In this document: piece by piece, positions 8,293-18,162 of the stretch
Layout: the number at the start of each line of letters is the position of its first letter
How positions within the stretch are numbered: the stretch's first letter is position 1
Virus record (IMG/VR): IMGVR_UViG_3300025018_000302
Location: 1 to 37,155 of that record
Length of the DNA: 37,155 nt
From: a virus
Lineage: Duplodnaviria; Caudoviricetes
Strand: one strand, 5' to 3'
Notes under the pieces: generated by a model
Database searches by the model: none
Told to the model about the DNA's origin: nothing
The model's input: only the letters and a program-made list of their open reading frames with translations
Position numbers and translations under genes: made by a program

Positions 8293-10314
8293 TTATACCA
8301 CAGGCTTATGTGGCTTATTGTTAATAATCACCTCTTCAATCTTGATTTGAATGCCACGCATTTCAATTTTCACCTGAAGAAATTTTGATTTCTTTCCAAT
8401 TGGAATTTTGAAGCCCCCACCAGTTTTTTGTGTCGCCACTGTGATTCTTCCCGCTTCCTTGAAGTTATCAACATTGAATTCCATCAAATCACCAGACACT
8501 GCAAATGGAAATGCTTCAGTAAGATTCACTGTATATGTACCAGAAGCTTCTGAAATAGATTCAACAAAAGCAATGTGTCCTGAACCAACACCGGCAATAA
8601 TTTCAATCTCATCACCTATCACAACTTCTGATAAATCAGCCACTGTTGTGAATGTGTTTGTGTCACTCCATGTAGCCCGCCAATTTGCTGTCTGTGGATA
8701 TTGTACTGAACTGAATGGGTAATTAGCCTTTTCAATATCTTTGTACTTAATGATGATCAAATCATCCTTTTTTAGTGGGGCATGCTTTATATACACATTA
8801 GTATATTCATCTTCATAAGCACTTGAATTCAATCTTGGTGTTACAAAATAACCACGATTAGGAAGAAATGGTGATATTCCACATAGTGTAGTGCGTGTGG
8901 TAGTTGACTGTTTGCCAAAAATATCAGCCGATAAACACAACCGACCCATTAAATTACTATCAAACATCAAGTTGTTTAAGACAGCCAATGCCATACGACT
9001 GCCAAAGTGAGTCCAACCATAATCATTAATCAATTGCACATAGAATTCCTGATTTGTATTTCCAGCATCGGAAATATCTATTGCATTACCGGCAATAGCC
9101 TCAGCATAAGTTTCAGCAAATTGAAATTCAGTTGAAGAATTTTTTATGATGTAATAAGCCACCGCTTGTTTAAATTCAGGAATCGCCGGTGAACCAACCG
9201 GTTTATATAACATCGGCATTCCAGTAACAATATTATCCAAATTGCCTGATGTAAGAGTGAAATCATTAGCTGTTATATCAACTGTCACTTGAGTTCCGGC
9301 AAGGATGCGAACCTGTGACCATGTAGGTGCATAACGATGATAAAGAGATCCATTATTGCTGTCATAACACCAAACTCCAGCGGGGAAGTCGGGTAAAATT
9401 TGAAGCACACCATTTTGTGTCTCATTAGAGAGATTGATTAAAATCAAATCACCATCAATAGACATCGCACGATTACTGACTGTTGAGTAATCATTATTAG
9501 CATCACCCCATTCAATGTTTTTTTGATGAATCGGTAAAACTGCAAGTACATCGAAACCACCACCATTAAAACGAAGTAATGCCCCATTGGTTGTGATTAA
9601 AACCACTGAAGATTTAAAAGGTTTGATTGAAGCAATTTCAAATGTCCCCACTCCATAAGCGAAATCAATACCAACTTGGATTGTTCCGACCACGAACATC
9701 ATTGCTTCACCGCCTGATTTACTTCTTGTAGCTATAAATAATTGTGATCCTTGAACAGCAAGGGAAGAAACCTGATAATCAGGGGGTAAAGTCAAAGTGG
9801 TAGCATGAACTGACCAATCTTGCTTAACGAATTTGACTTCATTATCATTACCAACAGCAAGAACGCCTTCTGTTTCCCATTTTTCCATTGCTTTTGGTAT
9901 CAGACTTGAAAAAGAAAGGGCAACTGTTGTCCAAACATTAGAACTTGATTCATATTTCAAACCAGTACCATCAGTAACAACATCTGTATCATTAAAAAAG
10001 ATAACGTCTTCTTCAACACTCGGTGTTGGTCTGTTGGTATCACCACTATCATCACCAAAAACAGTCATATCTAATGAACCTTTAAAAACTTCATCAGAAT
10101 TAAGTATCACAAGACTATCTGAAGGGTACATTGCATCAATAGTATCGAGATCAGCATCATCATTTTCTGTCATTACTGAAACAGTCGGCTGTGCAAGCTT
10201 AATATACCCCTTTTCATCAAGTTCAATATTGCGAGATTTATAAATAGTACCTGACAAATCATTAATGTTTGATTGCAAGTGTTCTTTTGTTTCTTGATTT
10301 GGGATTATAAACAT
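8293..10314 (-). CDS. Putative tail hub/nozzle (beta-rich) structural protein
   Basis: 673 aa beta-rich protein ending KSKFLQVKIEMRG; position after adaptor and fibre genes. Confidence 0.55.
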   Translation of the reverse strand: MFIIPNQETKEHLQSNINDLSGTIYKSRNIELDEKGYIKLAQPTVSVMTENDDADLDTIDAMYPSDSLVILNSDEVFKGSLDMTVFGDDSGDTNRPTPSVEEDVIFFNDTDVVTDGTGLKYESSSNVWTTVALSFSSLIPKAMEKWETEGVLAVGNDNEVKFVKQDWSVHATTLTLPPDYQVSSLAVQGSQLFIATRSKSGGEAMMFVVGTIQVGIDFAYGVGTFEIASIKPFKSSVVLITTNGALLRFNGGGFDVLAVLPIHQKNIEWGDANNDYSTVSNRAMSIDGDLILINLSNETQNGVLQILPDFPAGVWCYDSNNGSLYHRYAPTWSQVRILAGTQVTVDITANDFTLTSGNLDNIVTGMPMLYKPVGSPAIPEFKQAVAYYIIKNSSTEFQFAETYAEAIAGNAIDISDAGNTNQEFYVQLINDYGWTHFGSRMALAVLNNLMFDSNLMGRLCLSADIFGKQSTTTRTTLCGISPFLPNRGYFVTPRLNSSAYEDEYTNVYIKHAPLKKDDLIIIKYKDIEKANYPFSSVQYPQTANWRATWSDTNTFTTVADLSEVVIGDEIEIIAGVGSGHIAFVESISEASGTYTVNLTEAFPFAVSGDLMEFNVDNFKEAGRITVATQKTGGGFKIPIGKKSKFLQVKIEMRGIQIKIEEVIINNKPHKPVV

Positions 10315-10317
10315 AAG

Positions 10318-10470
10318 CTAGATATTATTGATAATGTTTTTAGATGCTTCATCCAGTGGTAAAGTAATTTGTTGGCGATCCTTTTGAACCTTCCAATTCT
10401 CTAAAACAACAATCCGCTTTTCAAGACCTTGAATGATATCCCTCAACTTTTTTTCTTCAGGTGATGCCAT
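10318..10470 (-). CDS. Small coiled-coil protein (50 aa), not in ORF track
   Basis: Manual translation MASPEEKKLRDIIQGLEKRIVVLENWKVQKDRQQITLPLDEASKNIINNI; fills gap in operon. Confidence 0.65.
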   Translation of the reverse strand: MASPEEKKLRDIIQGLEKRIVVLENWKVQKDRQQITLPLDEASKNIINNI

Positions 10471-10493
10471 ATTTATGATTTACTTTGATTAAC

Positions 10494-12068
10494 CTAATCT
10501 TCATCATTCTTTGAAGTATTACTGAAACTTACATCAGTTTTTGAAGAAGAATTTGACCAAGGATTTGATGGTTTAAGTATGACATCAATACCGGTAAGAA
10601 TGAAACTTCCTACACTTGCCCTGATTCCCCTTGAAAGATCGAAGGCGATATCAATACCAGTTAATGTGAATGAACCGGCTGAAGCAACAAGCCCTTTCCC
10701 TAACTTCAAAAGTACATCAATGCCAGTTAATGTAAATGTTCCCACTGAAGCCACCATTTTCATTCCAAGTGAAAATGCTGTTGCAATTCCAGTCAGTGTG
10801 AATGTTCCAACGGTGACAGCCATTGTTCGCACACTTGTTAAACTTGCGGTTTGACCAGTCAGAATAAACGAACCAACAACCGCTGACATTCCTTTTCCAA
10901 ATAACAGCACCGTATCGATGCCGGTAAGAACGAAAGAACCGGCTGAAGCAAGCATTTTCCGACCAAACGACAATATTGTTGCAATTCCAGTTAAGGTAAA
11001 TGCACCAGTGACGGCTGTGAGCAAGCGAGAAAGATGAAACAGACTTGCGATACCGGTCAAAGTGAACGCACCAATGCCGGCTGTAAGGGGATAGTCAGTG
11101 CTAGTTATTTCCGCAATCGTCCAGAAACCAGTTACGTCTGATTGGTTGTTGTATTCGGTGGTTATCCAGTTATCTGAAAGAGCTGAACCTCTCAAACGTA
11201 CTTCGGAAACTTTCCCATCTAAATATACACCTGCCTTGTTTCTTGTGGGAGCCCAACCAATCTCAAATACACCAGTATCAATAGCTTGTGTGGTAGATGT
11301 AAATGTATGTACTGTTGTTCCGTCTAACAAAAATGAACCACTACTACCATCTCTCCTCAGGTGAAGCATCTGCCAAGTAGAAGTTGTAAGTACAGCCGAA
11401 AAACTTGCTGTATATAGATTCCCGTCAATTATGGCACTAAGGGGGTGTGGGGAATTTAACTCCGAAAAGAATATGAGAGAATTATCGGCATTATAATTCG
11501 TACTAAAGAAGTACATTTCCCTGTTATATATATCAGGGTTTATCCATTTTTGCATCGTAAAATCAGATAGAGACGGTATCCCAGAACCAACCCTCACATA
11601 GTCATTTGAACCATCAAAATCTGTTGCGGTTCCGATATTCCCTGTTATCCCTCCAATTGTTACCCCACCATTTCCTGCTAGGGTGCGTCCGTTTCCAGTT
11701 GAATCAGTACCGCCTCCTGGATGCCACACTCCCGCATAATCACTCCATACCGCATTTCTGCCATAAGTATCAGTTACAGCATAATCACTTCTTGCCCCGT
11801 CTACGTCTATATAAATAACGGTTGAGGTAGTGAGAGAGGGTATCTTTATATGGAGTTCGCCAGTATCGGTTGATGTGTCACAAGCAACCACTTCACGAGC
11901 AAGTTCAGTCGTTTTTGCTTCATCAGAATAACAGCGTATGTCACCACCCCCATTAGCAACCACCGACCAAAAGCCCGCCGGCATTTGGGCAAGGTCAATA
12001 TATGCGGGGTAGTCAGTCAATGTTGACGCTACATCCCCCGAAGTTACTGTGAGAGAGAAGAGTGCCAT
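10494..12068 (-). CDS. Fibre/adhesin-like virion protein: N-terminal DUF2341-like + LamG/ConA lectin domain, C-terminal 22-aa repeats
   Basis: GGDIRCY...ELARE, ATDFDGSNDY, FTMQKWI, WQMLHL, LDGKVSEVRL...ALSDNWITTEYNNQ; eight G[AST]F[TVI]LTG repeats. Confidence 0.75.
   Translation of the reverse strand: MALFSLTVTSGDVASTLTDYPAYIDLAQMPAGFWSVVANGGGDIRCYSDEAKTTELAREVVACDTSTDTGELHIKIPSLTTSTVIYIDVDGARSDYAVTDTYGRNAVWSDYAGVWHPGGGTDSTGNGRTLAGNGGVTIGGITGNIGTATDFDGSNDYVRVGSGIPSLSDFTMQKWINPDIYNREMYFFSTNYNADNSLIFFSELNSPHPLSAIIDGNLYTASFSAVLTTSTWQMLHLRRDGSSGSFLLDGTTVHTFTSTTQAIDTGVFEIGWAPTRNKAGVYLDGKVSEVRLRGSALSDNWITTEYNNQSDVTGFWTIAEITSTDYPLTAGIGAFTLTGIASLFHLSRLLTAVTGAFTLTGIATILSFGRKMLASAGSFVLTGIDTVLLFGKGMSAVVGSFILTGQTASLTSVRTMAVTVGTFTLTGIATAFSLGMKMVASVGTFTLTGIDVLLKLGKGLVASAGSFTLTGIDIAFDLSRGIRASVGSFILTGIDVILKPSNPWSNSSSKTDVSFSNTSKNDED
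10575..11090 (-). repeat. Eight tandem 22-aa (66-bp) coding repeats
   Basis: GAFTLTG, GAFTLTG, GSFVLTG, GSFILTG, GTFTLTG, GTFTLTG, GSFTLTG, GSFILTG at a 22-residue period; boundaries approximate. Confidence 0.85.
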
Positions 12069-12078
12069 GCTGTGCTAT

Positions 12079-12513
12079 TTAAGCGATAGTTAGAACACCG
12101 TTTGTTCCATCGAAGTCAATTGTGAATGTGTCACCGTCTTGAAGAGTAATTGAAGAACCATAGTCGTACAATCCAACCAATTCATCATTAGTCGCAGTGT
12201 CATTGTAGATGTAGATATAACGGAATGCACCAACAGTTCCACCTGAAGCAGTAAGCACAAGATCAGTAAGCGTGAGCTTATATGTTCCACTTGTTTGTGC
12301 TGAAGCTGAAGTGGTGATTGCTCGTGCTGAACAATTGGTGTACGAAATCTGTGTGACATTCGCAAGAACACCATTGCCATCAGCCGTTGGGTTTGAAGCT
12401 TCTGAAGCCGGTGCAGTGTTAGAAAGAGCAATAGTCAAAGTATCCGCCCCAAGATTGTGCTTCTTTTCAGCAAGTGCTTCAACGAAATCATTAACTTTAG
12501 TAAAAGTTGCCAT
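12079..12513 (-). CDS. Virion structural protein
   Basis: Thr/Gly-rich beta protein (YIYIYNDT, DYGSSITLQDGDTFTIDF) in structural operon. Confidence 0.6.
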   Translation of the reverse strand: MATFTKVNDFVEALAEKKHNLGADTLTIALSNTAPASEASNPTADGNGVLANVTQISYTNCSARAITTSASAQTSGTYKLTLTDLVLTASGGTVGAFRYIYIYNDTATNDELVGLYDYGSSITLQDGDTFTIDFDGTNGVLTIA

Positions 12514-12515
12514 AA

Positions 12516-13286
12516 TTATTTGTTATTTTCCCTGTTTGGGATTAATCGTCTTGTAATGTCTCTTGATCGCTGACCATAAGAATCAGTTAGTTCACCTTTC
12601 ATCTTCATTATATCATTCTCAATTCTCGTTACTTGTGGCAATGAATGAATGCGTGCATATTTGTATGCCGGTAAAAGAACAAGAAGATAATGAAATAGTC
12701 CATTGAAGCCGGCTTTTTTGGTAGTGTCCGAAGTGGTGAAATAAGAGCCTTCACGATTAATGAAAACCTTCAATCCCTTCGAACCTTCAGTTCCAATTCG
12801 CCAATTGTAGTTTGGAATTGGATCAAGGAAGATGCCGTTTGCTGTCATGTCGTAACGGATCGCTGTTCCGGCTGTGTTTAGACCATCAGAGAACGAATCA
12901 ACATTCACCCGATTGTTAGACTTCGCTTGCTGATCAACTTGTGTAAGTTCTTGATACACCCCACTTGGGTCTTTTGCCATCACCTTATAAATATCCAAGA
13001 TAAGATTACCTTGTTCATCATTGGTGAAAGCGTAATCCCTTTGACCTGATATTAAATCAGTTTCAATGAAGGGGTATTTCGTGTGATTAATATCATCGAA
13101 CTGCCACACCCCACCTGATTTAAAAATAAGAGCATAAATTTCATCCAACGCTTTGTTGACATCAGCTGTAAACTTCGCAAGAAGAGTCGCATCATCAGTG
13201 ATGTCGCCATCATTGAATCCGCATTCATCTTCAATTGATTGGATGATGCCACTTTTATTTGTTGTGTCAGAAAATTGAATGCTCAT
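12516..13286 (-). CDS. Putative head-tail adaptor
   Basis: DLISGQRDYAF, IFLDPIPN and FHYLLVL motifs reminiscent of podovirus adaptors; position after capsid. Confidence 0.55.
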   Translation of the reverse strand: MSIQFSDTTNKSGIIQSIEDECGFNDGDITDDATLLAKFTADVNKALDEIYALIFKSGGVWQFDDINHTKYPFIETDLISGQRDYAFTNDEQGNLILDIYKVMAKDPSGVYQELTQVDQQAKSNNRVNVDSFSDGLNTAGTAIRYDMTANGIFLDPIPNYNWRIGTEGSKGLKVFINREGSYFTTSDTTKKAGFNGLFHYLLVLLPAYKYARIHSLPQVTRIENDIMKMKGELTDSYGQRSRDITRRLIPNRENNK

Positions 13287-13358
13287 ATTTTTAATTAATT
13301 AGTGAAGACAGATTGTGATAGGTCATAACCTATCCCCAACAATTAAGTTGGGTGAAAG

Positions 13359-13772
13359 TTAATCAGGTACAACCGCTGTTACTACTGCACCAATTGCAGA
13401 ATAACCATGCCCCATCCAACCAATAGTGTTATTGATCTTCACGAACTTGTGGATTTGTGTATCAGTGAATAAATATTCCTTTGTTCCATCACAATCTTCA
13501 GAGTTGATTTCTTCAGCAGAAGTTGCCGGTGTACGAACTTCAAAGTTCGAACCAGCTTGTGCAACAACAGTGATTTCGTGACCATCAGGGACATCAGCCA
13601 AGTTCGGCAAAACGATGAAATCGTTTGCATCGGTTGTGACCCCAACGACAACAGCAGATCGAACTGATGGTGGGATTGAGTTCACAGAACTTCCCGAAGC
13701 ATCAGCTGTAAGCTGTACCGCCTTCAAAGTAAGACCTTCAAAGTGTGGATTTAAACCATTTGGATTACCCAT
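13359..13772 (-). CDS. Putative capsid decoration / minor structural protein
   Basis: Small beta-rich protein downstream of the capsid gene. Confidence 0.5.
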   Translation of the reverse strand: MGNPNGLNPHFEGLTLKAVQLTADASGSSVNSIPPSVRSAVVVGVTTDANDFIVLPNLADVPDGHEITVVAQAGSNFEVRTPATSAEEINSEDCDGTKEYLFTDTQIHKFVKINNTIGWMGHGYSAIGAVVTAVVPD

Positions 13773-13774
13773 AA

Positions 13775-14107
13775 TTATTTAATTGCGTTTAGTTGTTTTA
13801 GTAATGCATCCTTCTTCATTTCGTACTTAACAGGGTTCTGAACCTTGTAAGCTTCAATGAGTTCCTTGAACTGTGCTTTGGTGTAAGCCGGATTTCCATC
13901 AGGTCTAAGAGCAACCTTTGATTTCTCAACCGGTGCTTCTTCCACCTCTTCTTCTTCAGAATTCAGTTCATCATCCTGAATTTCTTCCTGTTCTTCTTCA
14001 GAATCTTCAGTTGGAAGCAAGGCTTCGAGTTCTGCTTTAGTAGCAGATTCATCAAATTCAATTCCTTTACTTTCCAATACTTCGATTATTTCTTTCTTAG
14101 TTGCCAT
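13775..14107 (-). CDS. Small acidic protein with HeH/LEM-like N-terminal motif
   Basis: TKKEIIEVLESKGIEFDESATKAELEALL followed by a Glu-rich linker. Confidence 0.55.
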   Translation of the reverse strand: MATKKEIIEVLESKGIEFDESATKAELEALLPTEDSEEEQEEIQDDELNSEEEEVEEAPVEKSKVALRPDGNPAYTKAQFKELIEAYKVQNPVKYEMKKDALLKQLNAIK

Positions 14108-14126
14108 TTTTTTATTTAGATTAGTT

Positions 14127-14216
14127 CTTCACTAGGGGTGTATGGGTCACGAAACGATTTGAGAAATAGGTGAACAAAACTCACGCCGTTTCACAACCCA
14201 AACACCCCCAATGAAG
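14127..14216 (-). other. Long RNA stem-loop in the 3' UTR of the capsid gene
   Basis: Ungapped 37-position stem with 34 pairs on the minus strand, six of them G-U (C/A mismatches on the plus strand); 16-nt loop. Confidence 0.85.
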
Positions 14217-14228
14217 GGGGTGAGTAAT

Positions 14229-15080
14229 TTAGGCGAGGGTGATATCTACAACTAGGGCTGTCTTTGGAGTCCAAAGCTTGAAGCCAACATAGCCGTAAGT
14301 AACAACTTCCATTCCAGTCTTACCTGAAACCATCTTCTCTTCGAAACGAACGCCACGAGGTGAAGCATAAGTGGCTACTTTCTTAACTCCGAACACTCGG
14401 TGTCCTGAATTAGTATATGTAGTTGTTCCAAGAGTTTCAGAAGCAAATGTTCCTGAACGTACAACATAAATGTCAACGCCATTGTAAACATCCATGAAAC
14501 CATTCTTCAAAGCAGAGTCAGCGAAGCTGAAACCGTTTGTTGATTGAGCTTGCATGAAGCCTGAAACATCGGTGTTCTCAATAACAAGGAACAGACCCTT
14601 GTACACATCTGCATAACCGGCAACAAGACCAACAAGATCGCCCATGATCTGATTGATGTTTGTTGAAGCGAATCCGCCAGTTGGTGTGGTGTAAGTACCA
14701 GTGGCATCTTCAGTAAGGTTGTTGAGAACGAATCGGTCAATCTTAGTCGCAACCTGATAGACAGTTTCATCAGTTCGAGATGCGAACATATCGAAGTTGG
14801 TAAGAATGTCTTCAAAGTCGTGAATGTGTTCAGCAACGATCACTTCATCGGTAACTGTGAGAGTATCATCAGTTGTGGTGAAGTTTGAAACTGAATAAGT
14901 TCCAGCAATAGCCTGAACAGTTGCAGTAGGCTGTGAACCATACGGTGACTGAATTCGCTTGTTGTCAGAACGATCAACCTCACAGATCGCTTCACAAACT
15001 AGACGATTGCGAAGTTGCTGTTCGAGGGTTGCTTTACGGTACTTATCACGATAAGTACGAGAACTAATTGTATTAGCCAT
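14229..15080 (-). CDS. Major capsid protein (P22-coat-like, HK97 fold inferred)
   Basis: 283 aa, follows scaffold-like gene; GFMDVYNGVDIY and YGYVGFKLW C-terminal motifs typical of capsid proteins. Confidence 0.75.
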   Translation of the reverse strand: MANTISSRTYRDKYRKATLEQQLRNRLVCEAICEVDRSDNKRIQSPYGSQPTATVQAIAGTYSVSNFTTTDDTLTVTDEVIVAEHIHDFEDILTNFDMFASRTDETVYQVATKIDRFVLNNLTEDATGTYTTPTGGFASTNINQIMGDLVGLVAGYADVYKGLFLVIENTDVSGFMQAQSTNGFSFADSALKNGFMDVYNGVDIYVVRSGTFASETLGTTTYTNSGHRVFGVKKVATYASPRGVRFEEKMVSGKTGMEVVTYGYVGFKLWTPKTALVVDITLA

Positions 15081-15123
15081 TTTAGTGAATTAAAATTAAG
15101 TATTAATTCACCTATTTTTTGAA

Positions 15124-15675
15124 TTAAATACCCAATCGAAGCTTGGCTAGACGATCCATGTCTTCATCAGATTCAGGCATGATCCCCTTCTTGGCATTCG
15201 CCATAAGTTCATCATCTGAAATTCCAGTGTTAGTCTTGGCGGTCTTTCCTGTATTTGTCGCATCCGCAACAGTACGCTTCTCTTTGTTTGTATCGAGAAT
15301 GGCTTGCACAACAGTTGATGTCAAAGCTTCTTTCACTGAAACCCCTTTAAGCTTGGCATATTCCAAAACTTCAGGAATGTCATCTTCGTGAACATCGCTT
15401 CGTGTCAAAGTAATCAGGTCAGCTTGTGAGAGATCAGATTTAACATCATCCTTCTTTTCAACCTTTCCATCAGGCTTCTCACCACCATTAGCTTTTACGA
15501 GATCATCGTATTTCTTACGCCAGTGAGCCTTTTGTGCTGTTAAAGTTTTAACCGCTTTATCCCTGTCTTCTTGCGGGGCATCATCCGGCAAATCTTCGAT
15601 ATTAAAATCAAGATCAACTTCTTCAGCCTTCCCTTCTTCCTTCCCCTCAACCTTAGTTTCTTTTATATCACTCAT
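15124..15675 (-). CDS. Putative scaffolding protein
   Basis: Acidic, charged protein directly upstream of the capsid gene. Confidence 0.6.
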   Translation of the reverse strand: MSDIKETKVEGKEEGKAEEVDLDFNIEDLPDDAPQEDRDKAVKTLTAQKAHWRKKYDDLVKANGGEKPDGKVEKKDDVKSDLSQADLITLTRSDVHEDDIPEVLEYAKLKGVSVKEALTSTVVQAILDTNKEKRTVADATNTGKTAKTNTGISDDELMANAKKGIMPESDEDMDRLAKLRLGI

Positions 15676-15736
15676 GTTTAGTCATGTTATCTTTTTAAAG
15701 ACTTTAGTGTCATTTAATAATATTGTATCACAATGT

Positions 15737-16306
15737 TTAGCGGGTGCTATTCATTGCAAGTCGTTTCTTTGTTTCTTCCGGCGTTTCATCCTTTCTTTCT
15801 GCAAGTACAGCAAGCTGTGACAACTGAAATTCAGTGTGTGTAATCAGACCGTTGCGTGCAGTCCATTCAACATACAAATCTTCATCAGAAAGACTGAAAT
15901 CAGGCTTAAAATCAATGATTTTTTGAGTTGGCTTCACATCTTCTGTTTCCAATCGGGCAAGCCCCGCATTGATTAATTCCATCAAACGATTTCGCACCAT
16001 TAAAGCCAAACGAGCTTCAAGCGGTGACTTATCTTTGCTATCCACAGTCAACCACAAATCAATCACTTGACCGATAGGGGTATCAAGTTCAATTTCAGGA
16101 AAATATGTTTTCCGAACTAAAGCTTGAACTGCTTTATTCTCACGAACAGGTTTCAAAACCTCCAAATCATCTTTGGTAAGTTTCGCTTGAAAAAAGACCT
16201 TTCTTAATGCAAGTAATAGTGCGGGATTTTCTGAAAAGGTACTTTTAATAAGTCCTAATTCATTATTCTCGTAACGCATCTTTTGCTTTGTTTTTGTTTC
16301 AGCCAT
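15737..16306 (-). CDS. Hypothetical protein between portal and scaffold
   Basis: 189 aa ORF, co-oriented. Confidence 0.7.
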   Translation of the reverse strand: MAETKTKQKMRYENNELGLIKSTFSENPALLLALRKVFFQAKLTKDDLEVLKPVRENKAVQALVRKTYFPEIELDTPIGQVIDLWLTVDSKDKSPLEARLALMVRNRLMELINAGLARLETEDVKPTQKIIDFKPDFSLSDEDLYVEWTARNGLITHTEFQLSQLAVLAERKDETPEETKKRLAMNSTR

Positions 16307-16319
16307 TTTTTATTTATGA

Positions 16320-18149
16320 TTATTGGTTATTAACATCAATCGCATTTGCCGGCACAGCTTCAGGTGGTTGTGATGGCATATTTGATTGAACTGGTGCATC
16401 AGCAATTTCAATTGGTGACACTGCACCTGTCATGCTAAGGATCTTGTTAAACAACATCTTAGCATTAGGGTCTGTAAGTACCGAAGGATTAGTGGCAATT
16501 GTTTGAAGCACAGTGGTCAAAGTCGTCATGTGTGATTGAGTGGCTGATGCTTCACCGGTAACATCAACTTCTGATTCCCACACCATCCCTTCAAAATACT
16601 TTTCCCATTCTAAATCGGAAACTTCTGAAGGAACAAATGAACGGACATTGCCCTGTTCAGCCAATTCACCCTGAACACTTTCCTTCGTTGCTTGAACATC
16701 CAGTTGAACCGGAAGTTCGCCCTTCTTCAAAGAATCAATGATTTCACGCTTCACTTTCTTTTCAGTATTTATCTTAATCAGACTAGAATCAATTTGCTTG
16801 ATTTGGTGATCTTCAAGAATACCGACAATTTCATCACGATTCTTCAGTTGCTTCTTCAAGTAAGGAAGCACAAACTTTCGCATCATTTCTTCAATGTGCA
16901 AACCTTTGTTTTCGGTCATGAGTTCAAACAAATCATTTGACTCATTTAGGATAGCTTCAGTTTGTCGCCATGCAGTACCGGACTTTGGAGTCTTACCCAA
17001 CATCGCTTCAGAAATACCTGTGATTTCATTACCAAGTTGCTTCCACTCACGACCAAAGTTCTGCATCTGTGTGATGTCATGAGAACCATTATTGATTTGT
17101 GTCAGTGGTTCATTAGTAGCGTGAACAAGAATGTCACCATTCTCAATCGCACTTAAAGCATTCTGACCAACAAAAGTATCATCTGATGTTTGGAAGATAA
17201 GCTTTGAAGCAAGATCAAGGTGGTCTTTAATCCCCTTCGCTGTGTGGTTGTTCATCCACTGTGCTTCAAACAAATGTTCAACTGCACCGATAGCTTGTGA
17301 ACGATTGTCTTCTTCAATCAAGTGAGTGATCATGTAAGGACTCTTTGCTTCACGCCCCTTTGCTAGTGTGAATTCATCCCATTCATCTTTCTTATCGCCC
17401 TTTGCGACATAAGAAATGACATGCATCTGTTGAACATAAATGTCCGCATCCTCATCTTTTTCAGTGATGTATGACTTTGGCAACTGACCATGAATTTCAT
17501 ACAGTTTGATGTAACCGGCTTTGGTGTCCTTCTTCTGACCATCACGAGTCTCACGAGCTTGAACAGCACTAATTAAAGCAGTTACCTGTGTCTGATCATA
17601 ACCCTTACGCATTTTCAATTGTGCAGGGGTAAGTTCAAGGATTTCAACAACAGGATTGTCGTCAAAGTTTACTGAATCAATAATAATCTTCATCCAATCC
17701 ATCACAATTGGATAAAGCTTCCCATCCTTCTCAACGAATTTCAAAACTGATGATCCATTCTTTGCGAGTGAACGCCCCCATTTATTAAGGAAAGCACCAA
17801 AATTGGTGTCACGCATCCATTGCTGAAGTTTCAGTGTTGCAATAAAAGCCCTTGTTGTATCTTTGAGTTTTGTGGACTTGATTCGGATATCCTTTCTATC
17901 AATATCAGTTGCCCGATACCAAATATTTATGGCACTAGTTACGATGTTGAAGAAAGGCTTTTCCCTTCCTAATGAATCAGTCTCACCTGATGTATGTTTC
18001 GAATTAGCGTAAGCATCAATCTTTTCAAGGTTTTCAAGAAGATTAAATGTAACGTATTTTGATAGTGTGGTTTCGCCTGTCTTGTAATCACTTTCAATTT
18101 TCCGAACCAAAGCACCCACTGCATTTTTCTGTTGTGTTTGATCAGACAT
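16320..18149 (-). CDS. Portal protein (podovirus-type)
   Basis: 609 aa downstream of terL; KPFFNIV, GSSVLKF, EITGISEAMLG motifs and Q/P-rich C-terminal tail. Confidence 0.75.
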   Translation of the reverse strand: MSDQTQQKNAVGALVRKIESDYKTGETTLSKYVTFNLLENLEKIDAYANSKHTSGETDSLGREKPFFNIVTSAINIWYRATDIDRKDIRIKSTKLKDTTRAFIATLKLQQWMRDTNFGAFLNKWGRSLAKNGSSVLKFVEKDGKLYPIVMDWMKIIIDSVNFDDNPVVEILELTPAQLKMRKGYDQTQVTALISAVQARETRDGQKKDTKAGYIKLYEIHGQLPKSYITEKDEDADIYVQQMHVISYVAKGDKKDEWDEFTLAKGREAKSPYMITHLIEEDNRSQAIGAVEHLFEAQWMNNHTAKGIKDHLDLASKLIFQTSDDTFVGQNALSAIENGDILVHATNEPLTQINNGSHDITQMQNFGREWKQLGNEITGISEAMLGKTPKSGTAWRQTEAILNESNDLFELMTENKGLHIEEMMRKFVLPYLKKQLKNRDEIVGILEDHQIKQIDSSLIKINTEKKVKREIIDSLKKGELPVQLDVQATKESVQGELAEQGNVRSFVPSEVSDLEWEKYFEGMVWESEVDVTGEASATQSHMTTLTTVLQTIATNPSVLTDPNAKMLFNKILSMTGAVSPIEIADAPVQSNMPSQPPEAVPANAIDVNNQ

Positions 18150-18162
18150 AGAGAAAAGTTAA

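Noticed and set aside
14214-14223. AAGGGGGTGA complementary to TCACCCCCTT at 32645-32654, as a trans RNA interaction
   Set aside because: Only 10 nt and SD-like low complexity; no independent support
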